Shown here one piece after another: positions 50,397 through 62,270 of a DNA stretch of 64,000 nt. A program made the translations under genes and the position numbers. Below the pieces are notes generated by a model, which saw only the letters and a program-made list of their open reading frames with translations, made no database searches and was not told the origin of the DNA. Source of the stretch: Callorhinchus milii (lineage: Eukaryota); NCBI RefSeq assembly GCF_018977255.1, contig NW_024704743.1, forward strand, positions 58,034,001 through 58,098,000. The letters are read 5' to 3'. The stretch's first letter is position 1. The number at the start of each line of letters is the position of its first letter.

Positions 50397-50576
50397 AAGC
50401 AAAAACAGAAGGAGCTGGGAAAACTCAACAGGTGAGGCAGCATCTATGGAGAAAGAAAAGTGAGTCAACGTTTCGGGTCCACAATCCTTTGTCAGTTCTG
50501 ATGAACCTGCTGAGTTTTCCCAGCTGTCTCTGTTTTTGTTTCAGATTTCCAACATCTGCAGTATTTTGTATTTTGT
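50397..50576. mobile_element. Penelope-derived foldback element with hammerhead-like core, copy 2
   Basis: Homologous to 22158-22361 with the left arm truncated; exact 11-bp TSD ttacatttgta (50386-50396, 50577-50587); minus-strand CTGACAAAGGATTGTGGACCCGAAACGTTGACT; plus-strand ctgatgaa remnant. Confidence 0.8.
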
Positions 50577-50794
50577 TTACATTTGTAGTGTCTTTTACGT
50601 TGGGAGGATGTTCCCAAGGTGCTGAAAATGTCCACCTCCTGCAGAAAGTAGTTATTTGGGAAGTTCAAACATACTAAATAAATTAACATCTATTCCAGTG
50701 TAACGTGACAGTGTTTTAGTCTGGCAGACTCATCACTGAAAAACACTTAGAAACTACCTCTAAAGTGTGACTTAAACTGCAATAACATAATAAA

Positions 50795-51227
50795 AATAAT
50801 AATAATAATAATAATAAAATCCTAGATATAGCCCCTTATCATTTAATTGAGACATCTCAAAGTGCTTCACAGGATATATTGTCACGTGTCTAGGTGTATT
50901 TTGTGGATGAATGCTGCAGCAATATGCACACAGCAATGTTCCACAAACATGGAGTGAGGGATCAATTTTATTATTTAGTGGATTGTTGGCCAGACCTCAT
51001 TTTTCTATTCTATTATTGCCATGGGATCTTCAATGTCAACATGCACAGGCAAGAGGGACCTCAGTTTAACATCTGAAGGATGGCAGCTCTGATAATACAG
51101 AACATCTCTAGCACTGCATTGGAGTGTCAGCATAGACTATATGGGTTCCAAGTACTGATCTGAGGCTTGAACACTAACCTTCTAACTCAGAGGTGAGAGT
51201 GCTAATAACTGAACTAGGCTGATACAC
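50795..51227 (-). mobile_element. Old full-length Deu SINE
   Basis: (aat)n tail, Deu core and head ..tcagaggtgagagtgctaataactgaactaggctga. Confidence 0.78.
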
Positions 51228-51479
51228 ATCACATATGGGGGTTGAAAAATTAGATGTCTCATAAAATATTCAATGTGATAATTATCCTATTTAACTACCT
51301 ATTATGAAACTTTGTAATTTTCCATCCATTCCTGAAGACTACCTATGGAAATGAACTCTCACCAACTTTGCACAATTGTTTGATCCAAAGCTTCTTTACA
51401 AAATTGTTCATTCACCATGTTGGACCCATGTAACTTGCTGGATTTTGAACCCTGAACCAGGCATATGAGTGCTGTGTCA

Positions 51480-51750
51480 CATAATAACAAATGAGTTAAA
51501 AATTTCCTACTTTCAGCTGCACTTAAACACTAAATTCAGCTCTTTTGGACATGTTGACATTGAAGATCAGTATTGGACCAATATTGGAATCCTGAAATTC
51601 TCAGGTACAAGCAATATCCCAATCATGGGAGGGGAGTATATTCTCTCCCTCTTCAGCCATGCCACAATGGTTGGGTTTGGAGATGGCAAACAGTCTTTAG
51701 GAATAGATGGGGAAATGTGACAATTCACAACAGATTCAAAGCTATAGGAC
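51480..51750 (+). mobile_element. Possible RTE-clade LINE remnant
   Basis: DQYWTNIGILKFSGTSNI..(frameshift)QWLG resembles the RTE motif D..TN.EIL...G...I..RWLGH. Confidence 0.3.
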
Positions 51751-51753
51751 AGT

Positions 51754-52083
51754 GGAGTTCTGTAGCTCAGTGGTTAGAGCACTCGCTTTGCAAGTGAGAG
51801 ACCTGAGTTCAATTCCAGGCAGGGCGAAACCTTGGGCAAGTTTCCTTACTCCACACGCCTAATAATAATCCCTCCAAAAAACCCAAAACAATAATTAAAT
51901 TGGTCATTTTCAATCTACGACTGTTTGTGGGACATTGCTGTGCGCAATTGGCTGCCGCGTTCGCCCACAAATATACAGTCAATTCACTTTACAGTGTGTT
52001 CTGTGAAGCGCTTTGGGACGTCCTCCCGACGTGAAAAGCGCTATATCAAATGCAAGGATTATTATTATTATTATTATTATTAT
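51754..52083 (+). mobile_element. Young tRNA-Ala-like SINE (short subfamily)
   Basis: Near-identical to the other young copies; long (ATT)n tail. Confidence 0.95.
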
Positions 52084-52869
52084 CTGAATTGAAACATCAC
52101 ATTTAACATCCATGGCCTTTATTTGTTTGAATGGTCATGCAACTGACATAAGGTACAGACAAAAAAAGATCATTGCCTGGCCCATGCTTTCAAATCATGT
52201 AGCACCTTGTTTTAAACATTTACATTATAACTATTTACTCATGATAATGTCTATAGCAATATTATGTTTCAAGCAGGAACATTACTGTTTCAGCATTCCC
52301 TTGTAACACATAATTTAAATGCCCTATTTGTAGAATGTACCCACATTTTAGGATTATATGGAGCAACAATCAGACTGTTTAGAATTTTAAGCTGATTTAC
52401 CTTCATGTGTTGAGTTATTAATGGGGTAGTCTCAGAGTTTTTAACACCAGTGTGCAAATTTTGACGAAGTTTAAACAAAGTAGTGAAGCTTTTTACATGG
52501 GTACTCAGTAAAATACCAAGTGATCCTAATATTCAACAGGAGGGGACCACAGGGGTGGAGAGGGGGAGATGTAATTGACCGGCAAAATATTGTAAATTGG
52601 CATGTTAAACTCCACCAATGGAATATGCCTTCAACGACACTTACTTAAAAGTCCTGTTGGAAAAGAGCAAGCATAACAATTTCATCAAAACACAGGGTGA
52701 GGGGGAGTCAGAATGAAATGCGATGGGTGAAAAGAATGGGGGTGGGGTGGTGGTGGAATGCAATAAGATTGGGAGGGAATGGGGGTTTGGAAATGTAAGG
52801 AAGAAGGTCAACCAGGAGAAGATCTTATCTTAGGAAAAGGTCTCATATGTTCCACATGTAATAGCCAGG

Positions 52870-53175
52870 CAATGAGAGGAGTGTACATGGAGGTTCAAGC
52901 TCTCTATGGAGGTATTAGTGGAGGTATGTATAATGCTGGAAACTGATTTAGAGGCATTGATGATGACTCCAACTGTTCTGCCTGCGGCTGTGAAAGTGAC
53001 AGCAAGCATTAATATACTGGCTACTGGGGCTTTCCAATCACTAGGAGGTGGTTTCTCTGGCATAAGACAAGGTACCACGTCCATCTGTATTAGAGAGGTG
53101 ACTGATGCACTGTTCTGGAAGTTTGACAGACTCATTCATTTCCACAAAAGTGCAAAGAACCAGTTAGAGAAATAG
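52870..53175 (+). pseudogene. PIF/Harbinger transposase (HARBI1-like) N-terminal HTH fossil
   Basis: EECTWRFKLS..EVC..LE.DL..LPAAVKVTASINILATGAFQ...GIRQ..SICIREVTDALF....IHF matches the Harbinger motif RFRL..ALP...KVT.AL.F.ATGSFQ...GISQ...CI..VT.AL...I.F; no DDE domain follows. Confidence 0.85.
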
Positions 53176-53574
53176 CAACAATGTTATGCCAATACTGTTC
53201 CTGGACTGCTCACTAGTACTGGAATATAATCTGTTCTCATGATTTCTCCAACAGTTATTTTGGCAAAGCTGGTGCACATTGACATACTGTAATTTCAATG
53301 AGGCCAAATTCTAACATAACCTAAATACCTGAACAAAAGTTTCAGATCTGCCTTGAAGGCATACTATTGGGATTGGTATTCTCACTTTAGATAGCTCCTG
53401 ATGCTTTCCACTCGATACTGTGTTGTCCTTCTGCAAGTTCACAAACAGGGCTTTACAACAAAATAATTGGTCTTCTATCATAAAATGGAATAAACTGTAA
53501 TCAATCCTGAGACAAATTGGAGCAAGATCTCAACCATTAAAATTGCTGATACCCTCTTCAGTTAAATATGAACC

Positions 53575-53830
53575 CCAACCCCTTCACACCTCCTTTTGTG
53601 GCCGAACCTTCAGGCATTATGCCCCCAACCCCTGGAATTTCCTGCTTCTAACCCTCCACCTTGCCTCTTCTCTATCTATCTTCAAATCCCACCTTAAAAC
53701 CTATCTCTTCGCCACGACTATGGTCACCTTTCCCCCTCCCCCCCTTAGCTTGGCATCGAACTCTGCCCTGTGTAACGTTCTGAGATGCTGTCCTACGTGA
53801 AGGGTGCTATATAAATATAAGTTGTTGTTG
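53575..53830 (+). mobile_element. Old L2 3' fragment
   Basis: GRTFRHYAPNPWN..FKSHLKTYLF; tail. Confidence 0.85.
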
Positions 53831-54477
53831 ATGATGTAATACAATGCAGCTTTTTTCACAATGAACAGTAATAGATTTTTGAAGGTATTAGAAAAGTACA
53901 TTGTTGTACTGGACCTGGGAACCTCTCCATTTTGGCATCTTTTTTAAAAAAAATCCATTCCTAGGTGCCATGCGTGTCTGGAACTTTTAGTCTAGTTTGG
54001 ATACTCATAAGCCTCGCAGTGACTTTCCACGTATGTCAGACCTCTGGCTGACCCCCCCAAAAAAACTTTAAGCCAAGTAAAAGAGGGATAAATGCCATTT
54101 TGTTTCCAAGAACTGAAATTGATTTGAATCTGAACCCAAGTCAAACTGAGAAAATGAAAGTTTGCTCTTTCTGTGGCTCCTGTCTGGTTCAGGTTGAACA
54201 TTCAATGGTATCCTAATGGGTGCTTGTCTGGAGCAAGAAACTGTCAGACTCCCTTAAGGAATGCTGTTGTGGGAAATGAATAGGTTGCCTTAGTCCAATA
54301 CTTTAACAACTTTGATCTTATTAAACCTAAAGTATGAGAATATGCAAATCATTTTATTACTGGAACACTCTCATCTGCTGTGAAGAATGCTGTAGATCAG
54401 GAACCGATGCCTTAATCTTTTTACACTTAATCTGTTAATCTTTTTACACGCCACTGCTCTAATATAATAATAATAAC

Positions 54478-54745
54478 TCTACCCGCCCCTTTCGCTCAGA
54501 TGAGTCCGGCCTCCTGCATGTCTCTTGTCCCATCCGCTCCACCATCGGTGGCCGTGATTTCAGCCACTATGCCCTGAGGTTCTAGAATTCTCTGACTCAA
54601 TCCATCTGCCCCCTCCTTAACCATCGTCAGATCACACCTCTTCGATTGAGCCTACAGTCACCTCTTCTCTCTCCTGGTTCGGCATTCATGTTTGTCACTG
54701 TTAATCACTCCATGTGAAGGGTGCTATGTAAATACAAGTAGTTGT
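54478..54745 (+). mobile_element. Old L2 3' fragment
   Basis: ccaccatcggtggccgtgatttcagccactatgccc (TIGGRDFSHYA); tail. Confidence 0.8.
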
Positions 54746-55913
54746 AATCTTTGCTGTGTCTATTTTTAGTCTTTGTTGTGCTGATTCTGGTGGCATAGTC
54801 TCCCAACTCTTTCACACTTTCCATGTTGCAAGTTTCCTTAGTGGACTTGTAAGGTGACAACACTGTTGATGGCTCTGTTGCAGAGAACAAAAGAGTAAGC
54901 AAATTCTCTTGCCCTTTTAGGATGTCTAATCATCTCAAACCATCTCAAACTAAAGTGTATTGTGTAGAAGCTATTTTTGTCGAGAAAACACAGCAGCCAC
55001 TTGCACCATTAAGGTCTCCCAAACGTTCATGAGCATTATTTGTCAAGCAAATCTCCATTCTCTTTTGGAATAGTGTTAAGGAATTTTTAAAGTCCACCTG
55101 ACTGCTGCAGTGTGAGGACCCCTTAAATCTACAACTGCCTGAGAAACCTGCAGACAGCTACCCTCCAAGTGATTCTGGCTTTATCCCCCGTTACGTCTGT
55201 GCCAGCTTCATTTCAATTTTTTGCTAGCTGCTTCTTCCACTTGAGATTTTTCCAATGTGTGTTCTTTGCCTGTAAGCAAGGATTGATGTGGTGGGTCATG
55301 TCTGGCCAGGATTCTGAGTTAGTCCCCATATCAGAATTGAGGCTGTCAAATGCTAAATAAATTTTACTTGTTGCTGAAGCCTACTACACTGGGCGTTAAA
55401 TGCATTTAAGCTTTCATTTACCATTTTGGAAATTCAGCCATTGTCTGTAGTTGTTGATCTCAAAGCAGCCTGTTTCTAGCTGTGCATGGCTAATTTGAAT
55501 TGATTATAATGGTATTTGCAGCCAATTTAAAACTCATGTCAGTAGCTGAATGCAACAATGCTTCGCTGCATTGGTTATCAACAGAACAGACCATTTAAAA
55601 TACAGCATAACACAAGTGGAAAATTACACTGAAGCAGAATAATATCCTGTGTGTCACATGTATGGTAATACAAAGAAAATGAATAAAATTATAGCAATGT
55701 ATAGCCATACCACAAGCATGATGCATACTCCCATTAGAACTGTGCAATTAAAATACACAGGGGTAAAAATACTGTTCAGTGTTAAACATGATGCCTTTGG
55801 CAATACACGACAAAATGGAAAATCCCAATTAAGGCTGACCTCACCAAGGGGATGTGCAAAATGCTTACTGGAAATTTCACTTCAAGCAGATTCATAAAAC
55901 ACACATTCTGGTT

Positions 55914-55955
55914 AATATGAGACTAATTTCTAAAGTAAGAAATTAGTCTCATATT
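55914..55955. repeat. Perfect 18-bp inverted repeat, 6-nt spacer
   Basis: aatatgagactaatttct-aaagta-agaaattagtctcatatt. Confidence 0.9.
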
Positions 55956-56311
55956 TCAACACGTGTCATTTCAGAAAGGGGGATAATTATCAAAAATGTA
56001 TAACTTTTGCAACTTCTTGTACCCCTCTTACATTTCTAGGCAGATACAAGAAAATGCTTTTCATCTTCTAGTTTCTGATCTCACTGCATCACAACTGTTC
56101 TTGTCTTTCTCTATGTTAGCTGTACTGCTTTGGTCATTGTTTCTCAGAATCTATTGCTTTTAAACGCTAAGTGTGCCATGCAAAACATTCTCCATCCTCC
56201 CTGCACCTTCACTGTGTTGAAATCAAGATTTGCCCTGATCTACCTTACTCATGGTTGTAGATACAAGTTCCATGTTGGGATTTTGAACTCACATATTTCA
56301 GACTGACACTC

Positions 56312-56494
56312 CAACAACAACAACAACTTGTATTTATACAGCGCCCCTCATTCTGTCCCAGAGCGCTTGACAATAGCGTAGCATGACACTGAGCTGGGGG
56401 TAGGGGGAGTTGACCGTCGGCACGGTTGAAGAGGAAGGTTTTCAGGCGCAACCTGAAGATGGGGAAAGAAGGTGGAGGTGGAGGGATACAGGAA
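56312..56494 (-). mobile_element. L2 3' fragment
   Basis: FRLRLKTFLFNRA; (CAA)n tail at the left end. Confidence 0.85.
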
Positions 56495-56499
56495 GAATA

Positions 56500-56675
56500 A
56501 ACTCCAGTGCAGTGCTGGAGGTTTGCTGCATTGTTGTAGGTTTTGTTCTTTGGATGAAAATTTAACAGAGGTCCCATCTACCTTTCCAGGTGTATGTTCT
56601 TGTATATTTTAAATATCCCATGGCATTTTTCGAAAAGAGAAGGTAATTTCACCTGGTGTCTGGCTATCAATCCAA
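56500..56675 (+). mobile_element. Old Deu SINE fragment
   Basis: actccagtgcagtgctggag..cccatggcatttttcgaaaagag..cctggtgtctgg. Confidence 0.7.
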
Positions 56676-57287
56676 TTGTATTTGTTGAGCTGCTTGCAGA
56701 CCCTAAATGAATTTGGGAATTGTTATCCTCGTGTGATTATGGTGTATTCTCCTTGCAGAATAAACAAACACTTGTCAATTGTTTGCTATTTATTCCAGTT
56801 GGCTTTATGTTTTCCTGATAAGTGTTATCGGTGCTTTAGATGAAGTGTTTGAACAAAATATCTCTGCGTTAATTATTTTAAATGCTCTCTGAAGATCATT
56901 TGTTTTTTATTCTTTGACTAAGGAGAATGAGACTGTGAATAAATTACTCATCTGGCAGAAAAAGGTGGTCATCTGGCGCTGGTGTGTTGTCTACAGATAA
57001 ATATTTATATATTGAAGCTATTACAAATGGACGTAAATTAGTTTTTTTCTGGCATGATTTGAATTAATTTGCAGTATTCAATCAGCAGCAATTTTGGTTA
57101 ATGCTATTTTGTATTAATGTTATTACTGAGGGAGCAACTGTTTTTCTAGCTTTGAAACCTTTGTGGTTGAACCTTCATGTCTGCCATGATTTTTTTCTCT
57201 CTGCATTAGTGATTTACATCGATGAGTGTGCACCAACATCTGTTTATGGAAAGATCCCACAAAATACACAGTCACTACATTCTACAC

Positions 57288-57355
57288 TGAAGAGGAAGGT
57301 TTTCAGGCGCAACCTGAAGATGGGGAAAGAAGGCGGAGGTGGAGGGATACAGGAA
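57288..57355 (+). repeat. 68-bp direct copy of 56427-56494 embedded in an old SINE tail (~57255-57423)
   Basis: One mismatch over 68 bp; SINE tail sequence continues on both sides. Confidence 0.9.
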
Positions 57356-57769
57356 TCCTGTGGAATACATTTAGACATTTTGATGACGTGATAAGGTGCT
57401 GTACCAAATGCAAGGATTATTAGTAACAAGATAGATGGATAATCACGGGACTCCTACTTTCAGAAAAAAGTAGATCGGACATCAGATTCTATTCACATGA
57501 CTTTCTAATAACTCCAACAGCAAAATAGATTATACAGAGGAACCCAATCAACCCTTTTTGGTGGTCATGGTTGTCCAGTTCCTAAGCAGGGCCAATCTGC
57601 AGTACACCAGGGCACTGCTGATGACATACTAACCAGCCTGGCTCATCGGCAGGTGGTGGAGGAGCACATCAGTTACTGGGGCAATAATTGTTTCCACTCT
57701 GGTCCTGTCAACCCTGCAAGCCAAAGCCCGCATGGTTATGCTGGTCCTAGCTGGACAAGCAGGAGGAAG

Positions 57770-57890
57770 ATTATTATTATTAATATTAATAATTCATATA
57801 TTTGATATAGCGATCACGTGTTCGAGATGTCTCAAAGCGCTTCACAGAATATACTGTAAAGTGAATTGACTGTATATTTTGTGAGCGAAT
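57770..57890 (-). mobile_element. SINE tail fragment
   Basis: tttgatatagcg..gagatgtctcaaagcgcttcacagaatatactgtaaagtgaattgac. Confidence 0.8.
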
Positions 57891-58964
57891 AAGTCAAATA
57901 ATTATTCTTTGAGCATTCTGTTTATACAAAAAATGATAAACACACACAAAAATAGTAAAATACATTTTTGCCACAAACTATTACAAACATGACCATCATT
58001 TGATACTAAGAAGGTAATGAATTATCTATCACTTTGTCCAGAACTGAAAGTTACTAGATTGGAAATTTTCTCAGTAGGCTTTGAAGTATGAAATTCCCAA
58101 TATTTCCCTCCTCCTTGCCTAAAATGGAATACACGGAATTGTGTCAAAGATTAATTTCTACAATTTGAAAGCAATGGAACAAATATTTTCAAGCACTTCA
58201 TTTTGGTATCTTGTACAATTTAATACAAAACAATTTATATTTATACAGTGGGAGGGTATTTCAAAATGTATAACAATGTAAGATGACATTTGTGCTGGAA
58301 GTGAGTGGGTTGTGGAGGGGAAAGATATCTGAAAGTGCAGTAAAAAATGTATGTTTTGAGACGTGCCTTGAATGAGGGGAGGGAAGCAGTGAATTCACTT
58401 GTGTTTGCCTACCAAATGCAGTCATTCCACTTTACAGTTTATCATTTGAACTGCTTTGTAATGTCCTACTGACATTAAAAGCGTTAAAATGCAAGGACTG
58501 CACAAACTTCAAATAAACCCTTCAATTCCCCAAACAACAACAGCAAAAATTATATTTATTTGCCATTTTTCAAATACGAAGGCTGTCCTAAGGTTATGGA
58601 CAGTTAAAAGTTTGCACCCGAACTCGGGTATAATTTTATATTGTATCTGAACTTCAATTGTAAAGTTTGCCAATTATTTTACAAAAAAAAAGTGACGAAG
58701 CTAAATTTACATGACTTCTTATTGTCTATTTCAACTTCCATTCTGAGCCCAGGCATCTCAGGCTAATTTTATTTGTCATCTTCACTGCAGAGATTTTCAT
58801 GCTGGGTGCTGAGATAGTGCAACTCGATCACTATTGAGGCAGGCGGAATATATGCTTGTCATTGTGTTATCTCATGTGTACATGCAATAGATTTTTACTT
58901 GCATAGATTTCAAGTAATATTTAATTCCATGTTTTTACTAACCGTATCAAATAAATGTGATTGA

Positions 58965-59250
58965 AAGGTATACTCAGAGCAAGACTTCAGGATGCACCAT
59001 GATAGCAGGACAAGGACACTGGTGTAGAGTTGAAAAGGAAATTTCAGGACAGATACCAGGAAGTTTTTCATTACCCAAAGAGTAATTAACATTTGGATCA
59101 AGTTAGCAGAGAGGTGGCTGAGGCCAGGACACTGGACTCATTTAAAAAGCAGCTTGATGTTGTGATGGTTGGACTATAGAATGTTTATTCTGGAAGGTTG
59201 ATATCAAATGGGCCGAAGGGTTTTCTTTATCCAAACTATTCTTATGAAAT
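58965..59250 (+). mobile_element. CR1 3' fragment
   Basis: SRTRTLV.S.KGNFRTDTRKFFITQRVINIW-like; gatatcaaatgggccgaaggg. Confidence 0.75.
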
Positions 59251-59325
59251 GATTTATTTTCCAGTTCATTTTGTATTCATTGCAGTAAAATGGTATAATT
59301 TCTAACCATGGACTTTTGTTTAAAT

Positions 59326-59647
59326 TATAATAATAATAATAATCCTTGCATTTGATATAGCGCTTTTCACGTCGGGAGGACGTCCCAAAGCGCTTCACAG
59401 AACACACTGTAAAGTGAATTGACTGTATATTTGTGGGCGAACGCAGCAGCCAATTGCGCACAGCAATGTCCCACAAACAGTCGTAGATTGAAAATGACCA
59501 ATTTATTATTGTTTTTGGTTTTGGAGGGATTATTATTAGGCTCTGTGTGGAGTAAGGAAACTTGCCCAAGGTTTCGCCCTGCCTGGAATTGAACTCAGGT
59601 CTCTTGCTTGCAAAGCGAGTGCTCTAACCACTGAGCTACAGGACTCT
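59326..59647 (-). mobile_element. Young tRNA-Ala-like SINE (short subfamily)
   Basis: Reverse complement is near-identical to the other young copies. Confidence 0.95.
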
Positions 59648-60630
59648 TAGTGAACGTGAATGTGTTCAGGTGTAAAGGATTGAACTGGTAACATATAATT
59701 GCATTTTGAAGTGGTGGAATTAGATAATGTATTGGTAATATTTAATATGCAGGGCAGGCGGTGCCTGAGTAGTGGGCAAGCATGTTTTATATGGATTAGG
59801 ATTAAATACATTTAAGTGCGATGTCTGGATCAGGGATGATAACCCTTTGCCCACTGAGAGATCTTAGCAGCTTTCAGAGCATACACAATTGTATCATATA
59901 ATCAGACATAACATTGATTTCCTGTTAGTCTTTAATATAGGCCATGATAAAGTAGAGATAGACAAAACTACAGAAGCACCTTCTTTCACCGACTGCATAT
60001 ATATAAAAAATTGTAATCTTGTTACAGATTTCATTTTGGTCCTCGAATGCGACTACATTCTTCAAAGGGATAATGCAGGTAAATAGGAAGAGAAATCCTG
60101 GGATTAAATCAGAATTATGATGAGATTAGGTGGGTGTTTATCTGGAGTTCGTTGTTGCATTTTGAAAGGTCGCTGACCCTTCCAAGTTTTTCATGTACTT
60201 AACTCACTGAAGCTGGGATCAAGTGAAGTCAGGACATTAAAGATTCTATTAAGATTGTATAGGTTAATCACGTTGCTACAGCATGGATCTGGTCGTTAGG
60301 GTGGGTACTCTGGTAGAATGAGATCAGATGGGTTGATGGTTATCCGAACTAATCTAGTGATTTCTAATGATAGATGATACATATTTTGAATTATGTGTGT
60401 GTTTTTATTTTTCCAATGTGCTGTAATGGTTCAGTTGTTTGCAAAATTGATGGCTGCAAATGGGAGGCAGTGAGGTTATTCACACTGAATAATGCTATTG
60501 GGATTTCTATTGAAGTAGGCTTTTATCAGTGCATCCAATACCCAGTGAGCACAGCCTCCCTCCACCCGCCCGTACAGAATTGTCTATTATGTAGGATAAA
60601 TTGGCATCCTCGCTATGTGGTTGGTATGGA

Positions 60631-60721
60631 AAATGAAAAAAGTTACGCTAGTTTTAAACTTTAGTATAAGTTGTTGATTAACTTATACTAAAGCTTAAAA
60701 CTAGTGTAACTTCTTCCATTT
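60631..60721. repeat. 91-nt near-perfect hairpin (42-bp arms, 7-nt loop)
   Basis: aaatgaaaaaagttacgctagttttaaactttagtataagtt-gttgatt-aacttatactaaagcttaaaactagtgtaacttcttccattt; 4 mismatches. Confidence 0.9.
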
Positions 60722-61924
60722 ATCAAAAAACAAACTTTTCTATATAGTTAGAAATATAGTTATGCTTTGAAATTAGAAGTCAAATCTATCCTTTTTAATC
60801 TTCCCCAATGTATATGGAAAAATCAGGCTAAGATAACATAAGTGTTTCCTGGTTTAAGCTTTGAGGGTCTCTGGATTTTCCTTTTTCAAAGCAATACTTT
60901 GAATCACATAGAACTGTAAAAGACCAATGCAGTCCACCAGCCCCAAACTAAAAAAAATTGCAACACTACTCTATTTTTTATTCTTCTCAAACAATTTTCT
61001 ATGAAAAGTGGCTGTCGAATTCTCCCTTGAAATTGCTGACACAATCTGTCTTCACCGATTCCCTGAGATGTCAGTTCCACAAATTCAACATTCTCTGCAT
61101 CAAGCAATAGTTATGTAGTTACTGTGATGGACAACAACCAGGCCTCACTTGGATAAAATAAGGTCCAGTAAAACTACATGAGTAATGTGAATACTTATGG
61201 TTGAGTCTAATGAGTTAATTGAAGGCAGCAGCCTATTTAAGATACCTAGTCTCAGTACAGGGTAAATGGACCAAGGCTATAAACACTACAAACTCTGACA
61301 GTTGTTTTCCTGCGTCCCCTTGACATAGATTGGTTATAGAAATTTTGACCATGTTAAATATATTATTAGGGTTCAGTTACTGTACCTTTTAGATTCTTGA
61401 ACTTTTTAATAAGATCAGCGCTATACATGCAGAGACAGCAATTTTTTTTATTTTCTATTGAACTGGGGCTAGAGAAAGCTTCTCAAGTCAGATCAGGTTC
61501 TAATTCAATGGGCTTGTAAAAGATCAGAGTGAATGTTCCTTGATTATTCAATTATTCCTAGTTAGCATCCCTAGTAGCTCGGTCAGATGAATGTTGGTCC
61601 TGGGTCAAAAGATTGTGGTTTTCAGTCCCAGTAGGTCAAACCAGCCATGTGTCCTTTCAAGATCGATAAAGTGAGTATCATGTCTAAAATTACCATCAGG
61701 AAGGAAGGACAAAGATACTCAAAGTCTCCCTTGACTGAATTGACTCCAAAAAGACGTAATTGGTGAAACCAGCTGTGCCTACACTAATACAAGCAGACCT
61801 GAAAGTGTAGTCATCATATTAATGACCTTGAGTTAGATATAGTTTTCTTGTCAGCTGGGTGTCTAACACATGTGGAAAGCCATCACCATGCTCAAGCATA
61901 TCCAAACCAAGCTGAGAAGTCCAT

Positions 61925-62270
61925 CTTTTCACATCAGAAAGATAGCTGAAAACACTTCACAGGATATATTGTAAAGTGCAGTGATTATGTTTTGGAGGTG
62001 AATGCAGCAGCCCATTTGTGCACTGCAATGTCCCACAAACAGCCAATGAAGTGAAGGACCAATTTTATTTGGGGGAATGTTGATTAGGACACCTAAATAG
62101 GAAGACGGGACCTTGATTTAACATCTCATCTGAGGGATGGTACCTCAAATAATGCAACACCTCCCCAGCAGTGCAATGGACTGTCAGCCATGACTATGTG
62201 TGTTCAAAGTCTTGACATGGAGCTGGAACAAACAACTTTCTGAGAGGTGTGACTGCTACCGACTGAGACA
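61925..62270 (-). mobile_element. Old Deu SINE
   Basis: Tail, body gcagcagcccatttgtgcactgcaatgtcccacaaacagcc and head remnants. Confidence 0.75.
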
